DNA of 63,225 bases, the filler included, from Octopus bimaculoides (lineage: Eukaryota), in the NCBI RefSeq assembly GCF_001194135.2. It is 9 parts of 8 records of this genome, joined end to end, with 100 filler letters (N's around TTAATTAATTAA, not from the genome) between each part and the next. Parts side by side here need not be neighbours in the genome. Positions count along the whole stretch, not along the records: positions 1 to 4,530 come from NC_068983.1; positions 4,631 to 8,622 come from NC_068989.1; positions 8,723 to 21,396 come from NC_068981.1; 6 more parts are not named here. The stretch is one strand, 5' to 3'. Positions 1 to 12,646 of this stretch are shown one piece after another. Below the pieces are notes generated by a model, which was given only the letters and a program-made list of their open reading frames with translations, was not told where the DNA came from and made no database searches. Each line of letters starts with the position of its first letter. The first letter of the stretch is position 1. A program made the position numbers and the translations under genes.

Positions 1-605
1 GTTGCGAGCATAAATCAGGGACTTATTTAATAGGATAGGGGAAATACTTGCATAGTAATTAGATATATCGAATTGTATAAAAGAAAAGTCTCTCTTACGC
101 TGGATAGAGTTGAACCATATCAAAACGTCCTCAGTATTGACCCATATGCTGAGTGGGATGTGAGGTTTAATTCGTGGAATTACTCCGTCTAGGATAGTCT
201 TACTTAGTCTGCCTATGTCTGACTTAGTAGGGCATATAAGCCTCACTTGTAATTTCTCTGGGAATCCTGTCTTATGGTCCTTAATGGTAATCCATGGTTC
301 CTGGGGGATGAGAGGCTCCGTCCTTTCTAGTAAATTTAGCTTGGTCATAACTTCCTTGATTTTGTTGTTGATTTCTATTAGGTTATCTGATGAAGTAACC
401 TTATATTTTTTGTGGAGTTCCTTAACTTTTTCGCGATTTATATGTATTTTTGTCTAATTATTCCAGTTACCTGTTTTGTCTGCTGGTATGATTAAATTAT
501 CTTCATTTTTTATAGATTTTAAAAATTGTTTTAGTTCATCCAGGTGGTTGTTACTAACAGTTCTGTGTTTTTTTAGTTTGATTTTTTTCTATAAATTCGA
601 AATTT
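1..605 (-). mobile_element. Penelope-like retroelement RT fragment, Naiad/Chlamys-type; runs off the left edge
   Basis: Manual minus-strand translation: ...IIPADKTGN...(local compensating frameshift)...PWITIKDHKTGFPEKLQVRLICPTKSDIGRLSKTILDGVIPRIKPHIPLSIWVNTEDVLIWFNSIQRKRDFSFIQFDISNYYASISPILLNKSLIYARN. KDHK, RLxxPxKSxIG and FDIxxxYxSI motifs are typical of this PLE clade. Not in the ORF track because no stop is reached. Confidence 0.8.
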
Positions 606-827
606 ATATATATATACACACCACCAATACCAAGTTGTAACAATTTTGCTTGGAAATCACAATGGCATGAAACTAAAGTTTCTTAGCTTCATTTTCAATA
701 TAAGACTATATATATAGTTTTATATTGAAACTCTAGCTGAGAGTATATATGTATATATATGCCAGCATAGAATGTAGATGTTAAATGATGATGATATATA
801 TATAAATGCTATATATATATATATATC

Positions 828-1150
828 CACCACATGGCTTAATGGTTAAGGTATTCAATTCATGGTCATAAAGTCTTGAGTTCATTTCATTGGCAGTGTG
901 TTTTGTTCTTCAGCAAGATACTTTATTTCACATTGCTCCAATCCACTCAGCTGGCAAAAATAAGTTGTACTTATAAATCAGAGGGCCAGTCTTGTCATAT
1001 TTTGTGTCACACTGACTCTCCCTGAGAACTACATTAAGGCTATGCATGTCTGTGGAGTGCACGGCCGCTTGCATGTTAACTTCATGAGCAGGTTGTTCTG
1101 GTGATCAGATCAACTGGAACCCTCCTTGCAGTAACTGAAAGAGTAGCAGT
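828..1150 (+). mobile_element. Diverged tRNA-headed SINE: family D head + family C tail
   Basis: Head (gcaagatactttatttcacattgctccaatccactcagctg) matches the copies at 34262-34597 and 57355-57690. Tail (gagaactac...gtctgtggagtgc...catgagcaggttgttc...ggaaccctc) matches the copy at 26106-26488. Confidence 0.7.
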
Positions 1151-1179
1151 TAGTTAAATATGTATGTGTGTGTGCATTC

Positions 1180-1312
1180 GGAAGAGCATCTAGCCACAAA
1201 AAAACATACCAAAATAGACAATGGAGCCTGGTGCAGCCACCCACCAGCCTTACCAGTCAAACCATCCAACTGATACCAGAATGGAAAATGGATGTTAAAC
1301 GAGCATTATGAT
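1180..1312 (+). mobile_element. 3' tail fragment of SINE family E
   Basis: ggaagagcatc...ggagcctggtgcagc...aaccatccaac...gttaaacga is similar to the reverse complement of 3179-3330. Confidence 0.6.
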
Positions 1313-1959
1313 GAGGATACCTGATGATATCAATGATATTCGATTACCAAATGTAGAAATACAGGAAGTCCAAGATGGCTACTGAGAAATAGGTTGTTAT
1401 TGGTTGAGGTGGTCACATGGTAATGTTAAAAGTGAGGTCAGCATTTCAGCAACACTAGGTGCATTATAAAGGTGAATTTCTTGGGCTGCATGGCTGAACA
1501 GGAAGCTGGTGGCATCTTGGTGTCTTGTAAGCCTTTGTCAGGACTTGAAAGCTGACAGAAGCAAGGCTTGCAAGTGTATGTGTATACCAGATGTATGAAT
1601 GAGTGGACGTGGGTTTGTTATTGGCTGTGTGTGTGTGTGCTTGCAAATATATATGCATTAGTGCCAGCTTTACTCATGCATGCACAAATGTCTTTAGGAT
1701 GCATATATAGGTGTGTGTGCATAAGTATGTACATTCTTGTTTTTTTGTATAAACATGCAAGTACATACGTATTTGCTGGAAGAACATATGCATGCATGTG
1801 TTTTTGTCTGGTGTGTGTATACATTAAAAAAGGAAAATACACTCACTTTACATAGTTTTGATATAATTTTTAATATATCGACCGGTTTCGTTTTCGCTAT
1901 TCATGATTTACATGATATTAAGGTTTACTTATTTGAATATGTATTTCGGAATTCTGCTG

Positions 1960-4479
1960 AAAACTACGACTCACAGAAGCACTAACTGACTACAACAACA
2001 AAGATGAATCGCTGGTCAAAAATAGAAGTAATTACCTTCCACATAAGGGTCGGAATAAAACACTGGATGACTTCAGCGACCATGTCCAAAATTTTCCATA
2101 TACTTCCTATAAACGAAAAATTAATTCGAACTTCAACAATCTAGAATGGAAAAATCTAATTGAACTACAAAACGATAAAGACCTGACAATTAAAGAATTA
2201 GACAAAGGAAGTGCTGTAGTCCTGATGGACACAGAACACTATAAAAACCTAGTATTATCCCTACTAGAAAACGAGGTCTTCTACGAAAATGTTATAATCT
2301 ATAAACAACAAAAAACAATGAAAAATCTTGCATCCCTAATACTTTTACATGGAAAAGGCCTGAAAGAAAAAGGAACAGACTACATCACGAACTTTGAATG
2401 TAAACCCAGTCTTTTTTACGGCCTTCCTAAAATACACATGAACAAGGTAATTAATGAAGCCTGAAAACAATCACCAGGCAAATACATAAATATCCAGATG
2501 CCAGAAGACTTAACTTTAAGACCCATTGTAGCTGGCTCAGCCTGTGAAACCCACCATCTAAGCAATTTTCTAGACATCCTACTGAAACCCTTGCTGAAAT
2601 ACATCAAAAGTTTCATTAGAGACGATTTAGACATGCTAGAACACGTACCAAAAACAATTAATGAAGAGGCAATATTGGATACCCTCGATGTTATTAATCA
2701 TTACACCAACATCCCACATGACTATGAAATAGAAGCAATCAAATTCTGGTTAGAACAGTACTCCTGGAATGCATAAATCGGATCTTTATTATTGAATCTT
2801 TAAAGTTTATACTTCAGAACAATTATTTTCTATTTGATGACACATACTATCGTCAGAAATGTGGAATTGCGATGGGAACGAAAGCAGCCCCCATTCTTGC
2901 GAACCTAATAATGGGTTATTTTGAATTCACCTTATATGATTACCCATTCACCTTATATGGTTACCCATTTTACCTTTACATAAGAGAAAATTGGAAAAGA
3001 TACCGGTATGACTGTTTTATCATTTGGAAGGAGAACATCAACAAACTTTTGGATTTCAAATTGACATTAAATGATATAAATGGTAACATTCAATTCACAA
3101 ATGGAATATAACAAAGAACAGCTCCCATTTTTAGACTTCATAATAAAAAAAGTCAACAATCAAATTATAACTGACATCATCATCATCATCATCGTTTAAC
3201 GTCTGCTGTCCATGCTAGCATGGGTTGGACAATTTGACTGAGGACTGGCAAACCAGTTAGCTGCACCAGGCTCCAATCTGATCTGGCAGAGTTTCTACAG
3301 ATGGATGCCCTTCCTAATGCCAACCACTCTGAGAGTGTAGTGGGTACTTTTATGTGCCACGGGCATGAGGGCCAGTCAGGTGGTACTGGCAATGACTTCG
3401 AAACGAATGTTTTTCCACATGCCACTGGCACAAATGCCAGTAAGGCAACGCTGGTAATGATCACTTTTGAATGGTGCTTCTTACGTGCCACCAGCACACA
3501 AACCAGTCAGCTGCTCTCGCAGCAATCACACTCAGATGGTGCTCTTAGCGCACAACTTGCACTGGTGCCAGTCATCGAATTTGCAAATTGACATCTATTA
3601 TAAACCAACTGACTCAAAAGAATATCTCTTCTTCAGCTCATGCCACCTGAAACACATCAAATAAATATTCCTTTCAATTTGGCAAAAATGATTTGCACAA
3701 TAGTGTCTGATAGAACTACTCGGGACCTTTGTCTTTAAGACCTCAAAACAACACTTACTGAAAGACAATATCCACCCTCACTTATAGACGAGGGAATTAA
3801 ACGTGCCAAAAAATAAGATATAAAAACATTAAGAACAACAAAACATAACACCACACCTCATCTCAAAACACTACTGTTTATATCAACACACAACCCCAGA
3901 AACAGTGAGGCATTCAGTACTATTGTGCAAAATCTCCCTTTACTAACTAGAGATCCAAAAATGAATGACATCCTGAAAACGCACAAACTCATCAAATGCA
4001 AAAAGCAACACAAATCGCTAAAGAGACTGCTAACATTTGCGAAGCTGTACAAAACAACCACGAAACCAACGGTTAAAAGATGTGGACACCCAAACTGTGG
4101 ACCCTTCCCCAACTTACTTGAAGGCTCGGATTTCCTTTTCAAACAAGGAGAGAGGTCCACAATTAAAACTAGTTTCACTCATGCCTCTGAGAACCTAATT
4201 TATGTAATAACCTACTCAGGTTGTGGACACAACTATATTGGACAGACGAGTATGACCTTGAGACAGAGAACCACTCTACATAAAGAGCAAATCAGTTTCC
4301 TGCAATACAGGCAAATTCCTCTCAGTGAACATATAGAAAAATGTGCAGATAACATCAAACCAAATTTTACAGTCTTTCCCTTCTACCAGTGCAAAGAGAC
4401 AATTTCTCCACAAGAACGTTTAAATAAAGAAACTTTTTTCATCAAAAAATACAGAACATGTCTTAATATGCACGCATAA
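1960..4479 (+). mobile_element. Degraded Penelope-like element (RT + Cys linker + GIY-YIG), Neptune-like
   Basis: Motifs in order: IKELDKGSAVVLMD, FYGLPKIH, LRPIVAG, TLDVINHYTNIP, GIAMGTKAAPILANL, WKRYRYDCFIIW (degenerate YIDD), DIYYKPTD, CGHPNCGP, then NLIYVITYSGCGHNYIGQT...LRQR...ERLNKETFFI. Several stops and frameshifts. Confidence 0.92.
3179..3588 (-). mobile_element. SINE (family E, 5'-truncated, (GAT)n tail) inserted into the PLE
   Basis: Splits QIITD|IYYKPTD. 7-bp direct repeat TGACATC at 3172-3178 and 3589-3595. Minus strand contains ggaagggcatcc and ends in ...ttaaacgatgatgatg. Confidence 0.85.
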
Positions 4480-4530
4480 CCAACTTTTGTCTTTTCACTT
4501 ATTTCAATTCACGATTACATAACTGTACAT

Positions 4531-4630
4531 NNNNNNNNNNNNNNNNNNNNNNNNNNNNNNNNNNNNNNNNNNNNTTAATTAATTAANNNNNNNNNNNNNN
4601 NNNNNNNNNNNNNNNNNNNNNNNNNNNNNN
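4531..4630. other. Assembly gap with TTAATTAATTAA spacer; recurs near 8667, 21441, 42273, 47862, 53638, 58454 and 61404
   Basis: The same 12-mer sits between N runs eight times and has stops in all six frames; a scaffolding artefact. Confidence 0.95.
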
Positions 4631-4691
<61 letters not shown>

Positions 4692-5439
4692 CATACATAT
4701 ATACATGCACACACTCTCTCTCTCTATATATATAATGTGTGTGTGTGTATATATGTATATATGTATGTATGTATGTATGTATATATGTATGCATGTATGT
4801 ATGCGTGTACAAATAAAACTTACCCATCACATTTAACAAAGTCACGTAAAAGACACATTGTATGCCATAACCCAAGATACACTTTACCGGAAATGATGAT
4901 GTTGCTGCTAATAATTATAATGATGATGATGATGATGATAATAATAATAATGCTAATAATAATAATAATAAACAGATAAATTGGTCACATCTGAAATGTC
5001 TTTGAGAGTAGTTTTCGTTCATGTATGTAAAAGAAATAAAAAAATAGACATTTGCGTGACTATAATTTCGCTAGTGGTTTAAGAATTGTAATAGAACACA
5101 GAGAATGGCTATTACGTCAGGAAATAATGAAATGTAAAACAAAGAAATTAAACTAACTTAGCTATTGAATTTGCAACATGCCACGAATTAATAGAAACAA
5201 GGAATCTATCTGTTAATTCATTTGTAATTAATAGAACGAGATGGATGCGTTTTCAATACTGTAATGACATTAGCATGTTACTAATAGTTTAGAAAAGACA
5301 CGTTTTCTAGAGAAAACAAGCAATGTGAATCTTTAAATATTGTTAAAGTTCGATGCATTTTTAGTGTAGAATATTTGTATTCATGTCATTCAGTACGAAA
5401 CACATTCTTTGTGGTATATTCTTTTATTCTTTTATTCTT

Positions 5440-5643
5440 TTAATTTTTGCAGTCATTTGACTGCGGCCATGCTGGAGCACCACCTTTAGTCGAGCAAATC
5501 GACCCCGGGACTTATTCTTTGTGAGCGTAGTACTTATTCTATCGGTCTCTCTTGCCGAACTGCTGAGTGACGGGGACGTAAACACACCAGCATCGGTTGT
5601 CAAGCGATATTGGGGGGACAAACACAGACAAACAAACATATAC

Positions 5644-5697
<54 letters not shown>

Positions 5698-5850
5698 AAC
5701 TGGCTTCTTTCAGTTTCCGTCTACCAAATCCACTCGGTCGGCCCGAGGCTATAGTATAACACACTTCCCCAAGGTGCCACGCAGTGGGACTGAACCCGGA
5801 ACCATGTGGTTGGTAGGCAAGCTACTTACCACACAGCCACGGCAAATTTT
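5440..5850 (-). mobile_element. SINE family B with internal (AT)/(GT) microsatellite
   Basis: Reverse complement matches 55798-56375: tRNA-like head, ggaaactgaaagaag, microsatellite, ...gctccagcatggccgcagtc. Confidence 0.85.
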
Positions 5851-5940
5851 GGTTTACTTCGCAAATGATGCAATATGAATATTACTATTATCATCATCAT
5901 CATCATCATCATCATTATTATTATTATCATTATTATTACT

Positions 5941-5980
<40 letters not shown>

Positions 5981-6007
5981 GTAATAATAATAATAATAAT
6001 AATAATA

Positions 6008-6170
6008 CACTACAAAATCAACATTCCAGCTTACTGGTATGAACATCATCCTGAGCCAGTCGTTGAAGGTAAAAGTCTCACTATCCTCTGGGATTTTTCA
6101 GTCATCACCGACAGAACGATCCAGGCAAATCGACCAGACATTGTCATTAAAGAGTATGAAGAAAATACTT
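6008..6170 (+). mobile_element. R4/Dong-type non-LTR fragment, restriction-like endonuclease region
   Basis: HYKINIPAYWYEHHPEPVVEGKSLTILWDFSVITDRTIQANRPDIVIKE (ILWDF...RPDIV motif), directly after an (AAT)n tract. Confidence 0.85.
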
Positions 6171-7250
6171 GGAGTAAAGTTTGCTTGCCAATATAACATG
6201 GCAGTCTTCGTTTAGGACGAATGTTGCTGTAATTTAGTCCCAGGTGACATCGTTTCCATCTGGCTATACGACACGATCTGTGTCCTTATATCGTTTTTAA
6301 TATTTTCGTGGGTATTATTGTAAGATCCTTATAGTAGTGTCATCTTTGGTGGAAGCATTCTACAGATGTTTATATTTTGCGAAAAATATGATTCTTTGTG
6401 CTAATACTCTGGTTATAGGACGCATTGTCCCTGAATTTATTGAGGTTGGGTTGTTCTTTAGTGGGGCAAATGTCGATGTTTTCACTTAATGCTATTTTTC
6501 TGTATTACCGAATTTTAATCCACGATCTATGTAGGGTCATCCTCAGGTGCTGACTGTTTTGGTTTGGCCTATGTATTACTCTCGAGACCCTGAGCAACTT
6601 AAGAAATATATTAAGTTTTCCGAAGCACACGTGAATTTGTTTTTCACTGTAAAACGTTGACCCTGTTTGAAAGAGAACTCTGATCCCTCAATTAGGTTGA
6701 CGCATATACCACAGTTAGATCTTTCGCATTTTTTACTGACGGTTTTAATGCTGTTTACGAGTGTGCTTGGGCTTGTGCTGGAAAACTTTTCATTGATTTT
6801 CGTTGTCTTTTCCTCTTTATGGTGGTGTGCGTTTTGAGGATTTGATTCATTCTCTGGTCCTTTTTCAGTAGAAGAATGTTCTGGAAAATGGTGTCGGAGG
6901 CTTCATTGTTTAGGGGGTTGTTTGTAGATATGTGTAGTAGGGCTTTTGTTTGTAAATCCTTCTTCAGTTTGGGATGTCTGAGTTTGTGGTTGTTGTGTTG
7001 TAGGGCATGTTGAAAAACCATATCAATTAGTGATGGTGGGTAGTTCTGCTGATGAGTGTATCCTTTAGCTCATGTCGTCGTGTGTCTTCGGTGTTTGTAT
7101 CAGATGCTATAATACAAATCCTTTTTGCCGCGTTGAAAGGGGTATTCCTTCTAATGTGTCTGGGGTGGCATGTGTTGAAGGGTAGATATTGCTTGGAGTC
7201 CGTGGGCTTATAGTATATGTCTGTTTCTATTTTCTCTATTTTCTTGGGCT
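6171..7250 (-). mobile_element. Second degraded copy of the Neptune-like PLE (thumb + GIY-YIG + 3' end)
   Basis: Minus translation IETDIYYKPTDSKQYLPFNTCHPRHI; ORF 6755-7021 parallels 3850-4030; NCGICVNLIEGSEFSFKQG and YIGQT follow. Confidence 0.85.
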
Positions 7251-7254
7251 ATGA

Positions 7255-7745
7255 GACGGTAAATATGATTCACGTCTACCTTTGTCTACAACATCTTATT
7301 GCAAGTCAGCAGTTTAAGAAATTTTCTATTTTCTTTATTTCATTAGTATTCCAGTTTAAAACATTTAAGTTATAAGTAAGATCTGGAACTGCTAAGGAAT
7401 TTATGACTAACATATGTGCATTTAGCTCAGATCTTCTCTGAACGCCTCGAACGCTCCTATAATACTCCTTCCTAATTTCTCTTATGCTTGCATGCTAAAT
7501 ATCTGATCCTTAATTTATTTCGAGGTAACTATTTATAGGATTGTTGCTACTCAAGTTCGTTTATAATTGTGTCAACACGACTAAATTTGAAGTTCCTAAT
7601 TTCCCTTTCTGTGTCCTCGACCAAACTCCATCTCAATGGCATAGCTTAATGCTTTCAGAGTACGCAATACGCCTTCAAGCCTATCATTGTTTTGGCATAG
7701 ATTTTCTTCTTGCCAATTTTGTAACCATACTCTGTTCTCTTAAGT
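7255..7745 (-). mobile_element. R4/Dong-type RT fragment, decayed
   Basis: Frameshifted minus translation: LKRTEYGYKIG..KIYAK..DRLEGVLRTLKA..IEMEFG..KGKL..YLEIN..IRKEYYRSVR..SELNA..INSLAVPDLTY..LNWNTNEIKKI. Confidence 0.75.
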
Positions 7746-8228
7746 TTATTTTGTAAAGGATATTAGAGCTATGCAAAAAATTAGAGGTGAAAGTGAATCA
7801 ACCTGAAAAATGCCACAGTTGATGCTAATATTGTTTGAAGCTAGTTTTCCATTAAAACGATATAATTGGAGATTGGTGTTCTACAATGACATGTTGTGCT
7901 TCACAAATTTTGAAATTACAGGACAAATTTTGAAGCTGTCCGGCGATTTCAAGATCTTTCAATGCGCTGTGCTGTCAAAAGCTTTTTTGCAATCAATTCA
8001 CGCGGATCTAAGAATTATGGGCTAGTTCTGACAGTTCTGAAGAATCGTGCGATTAAATAAGAGATAATCATTGCATCCATGAGCATCATAGCACCTTTTT
8101 GTTCAGTGGGGAAAATATTGTTCTCTTCCATAAATGAATGTTTTCCCCGTGAAAATAAATGCTAAAATCATTTTCATTGCTGCTGTTGTTGTTGCTGTTC
8201 ATTTATTTATGTATTTATTTCCTTTCTT

Positions 8229-8417
8229 AAGGTGGTGAGCTGGAAGCACAGTTACTGCACCTGGCAAAGTGCTTAGCGGCATTAAGTGCGTCGTTGCATT
8301 CTGAGTTCAAATTCCACTGGTGTCTACGTTACCATTATTCTTTCGGTTTCTGTTAAATCAATACACTCGACTAGCCCCTCCTGCAAAATTTCAGGCTTTA
8401 TGCCTATAGTACAAGGG

Positions 8418-8418
<1 letters not shown>
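8229..8418 (+). mobile_element. Diverged SINE family A copy
   Basis: aaggtggtgagctgg...gcttagcggc...ttctgagttcaaattcc...aaatttcaggc matches the family consensus seen at 21777 and 45825. Confidence 0.7.
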
Positions 8419-8491
<73 letters not shown>

Positions 8492-8622
8492 GTATGGCTT
8501 TCGCTTTGTATTTGTATAAGTTGATTCCAAATCTCACCTAGAGACCTCAAGAGACAAGTTAGAAGTTCAATTCGGTATTATGACTAGGGTACCATATTTT
8601 TGGATTTGCACAGAGAATGTCT
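8419..8622 (-). mobile_element. Probable LINE 3' end with (AAT)n tail
   Basis: Minus strand ...gtctcttgaggtctctaggtgagatttgg...caaatacaaagcgaaagccatac runs straight into a long (AAT)n tract; the 5' side is lost in a gap. The LINE assignment is inference. Confidence 0.5.
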
Positions 8623-11600
8623 NNNNNNNNNNNNNNNNNNNNNNNNNNNNNNNNNNNNNNNNNNNNTTAATTAATTAANNNNNNNNNNNNNNNNNNNNNN
8701 NNNNNNNNNNNNNNNNNNNNNNTATATATATATATATATATGTACATACATATATAGTTATGATATACATATAGGTATACATATATTATAAATATAAGCG
8801 TGTGCATGTGTGTGCGAATTATGTCCACATGTAATATAACTCATTTAAAACATGTGATTATGCATTAGTGTATTTGTGTATCTATCGATAGGCACACATT
8901 CATATACTCAAGTACCCCAGTACACACGAGCACTTAAGATATTTGACTGATTCTGTACATACATGTATAAAAATATCAAAAAAATTTCGTTAGAACTTGT
9001 CACCATCAAATTTAAATGAGATATCTATCAGTTTTAAAGTTAGATGAAAAATTTCTTAGATAATATCTTAAATTTCCATCAAAATATCATATTTTTCTAT
9101 TCCTTCTAAAATTATTCAAATATTTTTTCCTCTCTATTTTAAATTTCTCTATAATTATTTCTTCGATTTTATTTGGTTTTTCAATATTAAATTTTTATTT
9201 CATGCCTATTGTTAATTTTTATGAGAAATTTTCTCATATTTCTTTTATATTGATGCCGTCGAGATGTTTCTCCACCCCTTCTTTAAAAAAAAAATTGACA
9301 AAACAAGTTCGACACTGATAGTTTGGACAAAATTAAATTTTGTTATTTATAATTTTAGACTTGTGGTTCAAACTGAAGCCTCTTACCATTCTAATTATCA
9401 GCAATAATCTGCAAATTATCATAACGGTGCCCAATTTCCGAATAAAAATATTATTAGAATCCAAAGTGGCAAACAACACATTCATTAATGCCAAATGTTT
9501 TGCGTGTTTCGTTTTATTGCTTCTATTTTTAAATAATTATTTTTGAAATTACCAAAAGAGAAGAAATGAAAAACAAAACGCAAAAATGTAAACAATTTTT
9601 CCATGCATTTTTAATCAATGAGAGAATTATGTGAGATAATATTTTGAGTCCAAAATATGCAAGTAGAATATTATTAATGTTAATGCTTTAATTTAGAATA
9701 TTTTCAATAAAATTTATTTAATTTTTTCAACAATATTTTATTTTACCCCAATGTTGTATCCTAATCATACTGAATCTAAAATGGTGAAAAATGTAAAAAT
9801 AGTAGAAACAAAATCTAAATATATAATTTATAAGATTTAAAGTTGAATGAGGAATAATTATGACATTTTCAAAATCACGTAAATTAATTTGGCTTAATAA
9901 TTTCCTTTTATAGTTATAAAGGAAATTTGCCAATTATTATTTAACTTCATATTGGATTATATACTGCTTTTCTTACTTTTCAAATTAGTGTCATGAGGCA
10001 AATACTATAAATAGGCTTTTGACTCGTTGAAGCAAAAATGTGCACGATAAATATGACAATTGCAAGGTTGAAGTAATCTTCATAACGAAAGATTGCTAAA
10101 AAGGAAAGGATATCATACATAAAAAGGAAATATATGAGCAAAAACAGAAGCTTGGAATAAAATCATATACATGCACACACATAACCACTACTCCTGCTAC
10201 TACTACACACACGCATATTCCCATATACACAGAAGGTTATACCAAAAATAATGCAAAAGTGGATATAACCCACCTTCTTTTAAATGACATCGTTCATGTC
10301 AGTGAAGTAATTCTTCGTCAGTATATATTTACAGACCGGTTCATCCCTTCGATTCTACTAGTTGGCAGGAGATACAAGAATGAAAGTTTTTCAATCATTG
10401 GTCAAAGATATCAGATTGAAGGAATCTCAGAATATGTTAAATTCTACCATTCCAGCATTTAACATGCCAGCTACTTTTAGATACTATGCTTGTTGCGAGA
10501 AGGTGGTAGGGTCCTTTCTGTTGGTGAGCGAGAGAAAACATACGATTTGTGTATATCTGCTCCTGGTGGTGTTTTCAATTAAGCCAAACTTAGTTCATTT
10601 GTTCTTCTCTGCCAACTTTTTTTTCTTCTACCATATACCAAGTCACTTTGCATTGTCTGTCAAGCAATAATAATTTTGGTGTGTGTTGAAGGAATCCCTT
10701 CTTCATCAATCTTAGTTAATTCTGGTGTTTACTAGGGTTTCGTTTTTGCCCACACTCTCTTTATTCTAGACATCAATTATCTGCTTTTCAACGAATCAAA
10801 AACTTCTCTAATCTTTGCTGACCGTGCACCATCTACATGCAACCTACATACCACACACCAAATACGAATGTGTGCTTATAAATACAATTCAGAAGATTCC
10901 TCAGTGTCGTCTTGGAATCCTTTTTAACAGGAAACGATCAAGAATTACTAATATTAAGAAAACATCAGCGCAGCACACCACTCAGGAAGAGCTCTCACAG
11001 TTACTCCAAAAGCTTGGTTTCAATATCATTCATGGTTTCTATCTGCAGGTGAAAACACATTTTTAGCATAAATGGAACTGCTTCCCTAAAGATAACTCCT
11101 GTTTAGAGCCACAAGGTGTTTCAGCAACGTAGGCTCTGTGCACTTTTGAAAGTTCACGGTAAACTAAATGTTTCAAGTTAAACCCAAATTCGAGTATGGC
11201 ACCAAAATCTGACATGGCGTTGTTACAACAAACACATGCATTCTACACTATTCAGTAGAAAGCTGCTCAGCTACTTGGCATTCAGTCACTGAATGATACA
11301 CGTCAACCACTTGCCATGGTCATGCTGTCGCCTCTCTCTGCCTTCTGTATGTCCACACTAGTAGCTCATGATTCTCGAAGCTAGATGATCGCAAACTTCC
11401 ACCACGTAGGCTCTCTCTATACACTCAGCTTTTTACCTCTTATCCCTGTTGTTGCGTCGAACATCTCCCGGCATTGCAGCAGCCATTATTCCCTGTCATT
11501 TCCCTGCAGAATATTGACCGTTTGGATATTTACCCGCAAATGCATAAACGAAACTTTACCAATACCAACATAACGGGCCTCACAGAATCTGCAATTGTAA

Positions 11601-12568
11601 TGACCCTTGCCCTTCAGTAATTAATAATGCTACTTATGGAACAATAGCACTAGGGTGATTATTGATGGAAATCCTGTTACAATGATTTCTTTTATTCCTT
11701 TTGTAGATCCAAAAATATACTTCCTGTTATTGATATTATTACTGTAGCTAACATTTAGAACTTATAGCATTCTGTAAAGGTTTTTTAAAAAAGTTTGAGA
11801 GAGAGGAAGTTAACTATAGGATAAAGTTGTTGTTACAAACTGATGATATTACACATCCGTCTCATTTTTGCTATTGCTAGATACTATTGAGTAGTATGTT
11901 GTACAGACATGCAACTGTAAAATTTACTAATACACACCAATTTCTCATTCGGTTTCATGTAAAAAGTGGAAAGCATATATCTATTAAATACATTGTGTCT
12001 GATTGTTATTGTAATACTAAAAGTGAATTGGTTCAGTACATTATTGAGAAATTCTCTGAGCTTGTCTAAAGGTTGACTGGTCACATGCTGACAAATTTTG
12101 AGGCTGCCATCTCTGTAAACACTGAAGTCTGCGTGGTTGAATGTCCTTCGGATAGAACCTAAAACATATAATTCCATAAGCTCACATTACCCAGTCCTAT
12201 AATATAAATAATATAAGCTTATGGGCGCATCAATTAGATCGGTACCTTTTTTAATCAGTCTCTGTGAACAGTAAAGAAATTATAGCGTGCATTAAATCTC
12301 AATTAAAATAATGACCTAAATTTTGTTATTGACTACATTCTCCTTGTTTTATATAAACAGGGACAGACATAAGTTAATGCATTGAATTTTCCTCTCCATG
12401 GAGTTCGCTTACCTAATATTTACAAGTTATTTATAGTTTTATTCGTTTCGAGTTACCAAAAAGAAATTTTATCTCTCTGTATCTATCTCTCTCTGTATCT
12501 CTCTCTCTCTGTATCTCTCTCTCTTTCTCTCTCTCACACACACGCGCGCGCGCACACGCGCATGCACG

Positions 12569-12646
<78 letters not shown>

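Noticed and set aside
1318-1360. CTGATGA followed by a TATCA/TGATA hairpin
   Set aside because: No GAAA after stem II; not a hammerhead.
4575-4586. TTAATTAATTAA recurring eight times, looking like a conserved motif
   Set aside because: It is always enclosed by N runs; an artificial scaffolding spacer.
9387-9408. 22-nt minus segment tttgcAG|...ATG|GTAAGA, a possible start-codon micro-exon
   Set aside because: No downstream coding exon was found before the transposon block.
10250-12200. ORFs of 60-100 aa and weak LINE-like words on the minus strand
   Set aside because: No motif is convincing after manual translation; possibly a very old LINE but unsupported.
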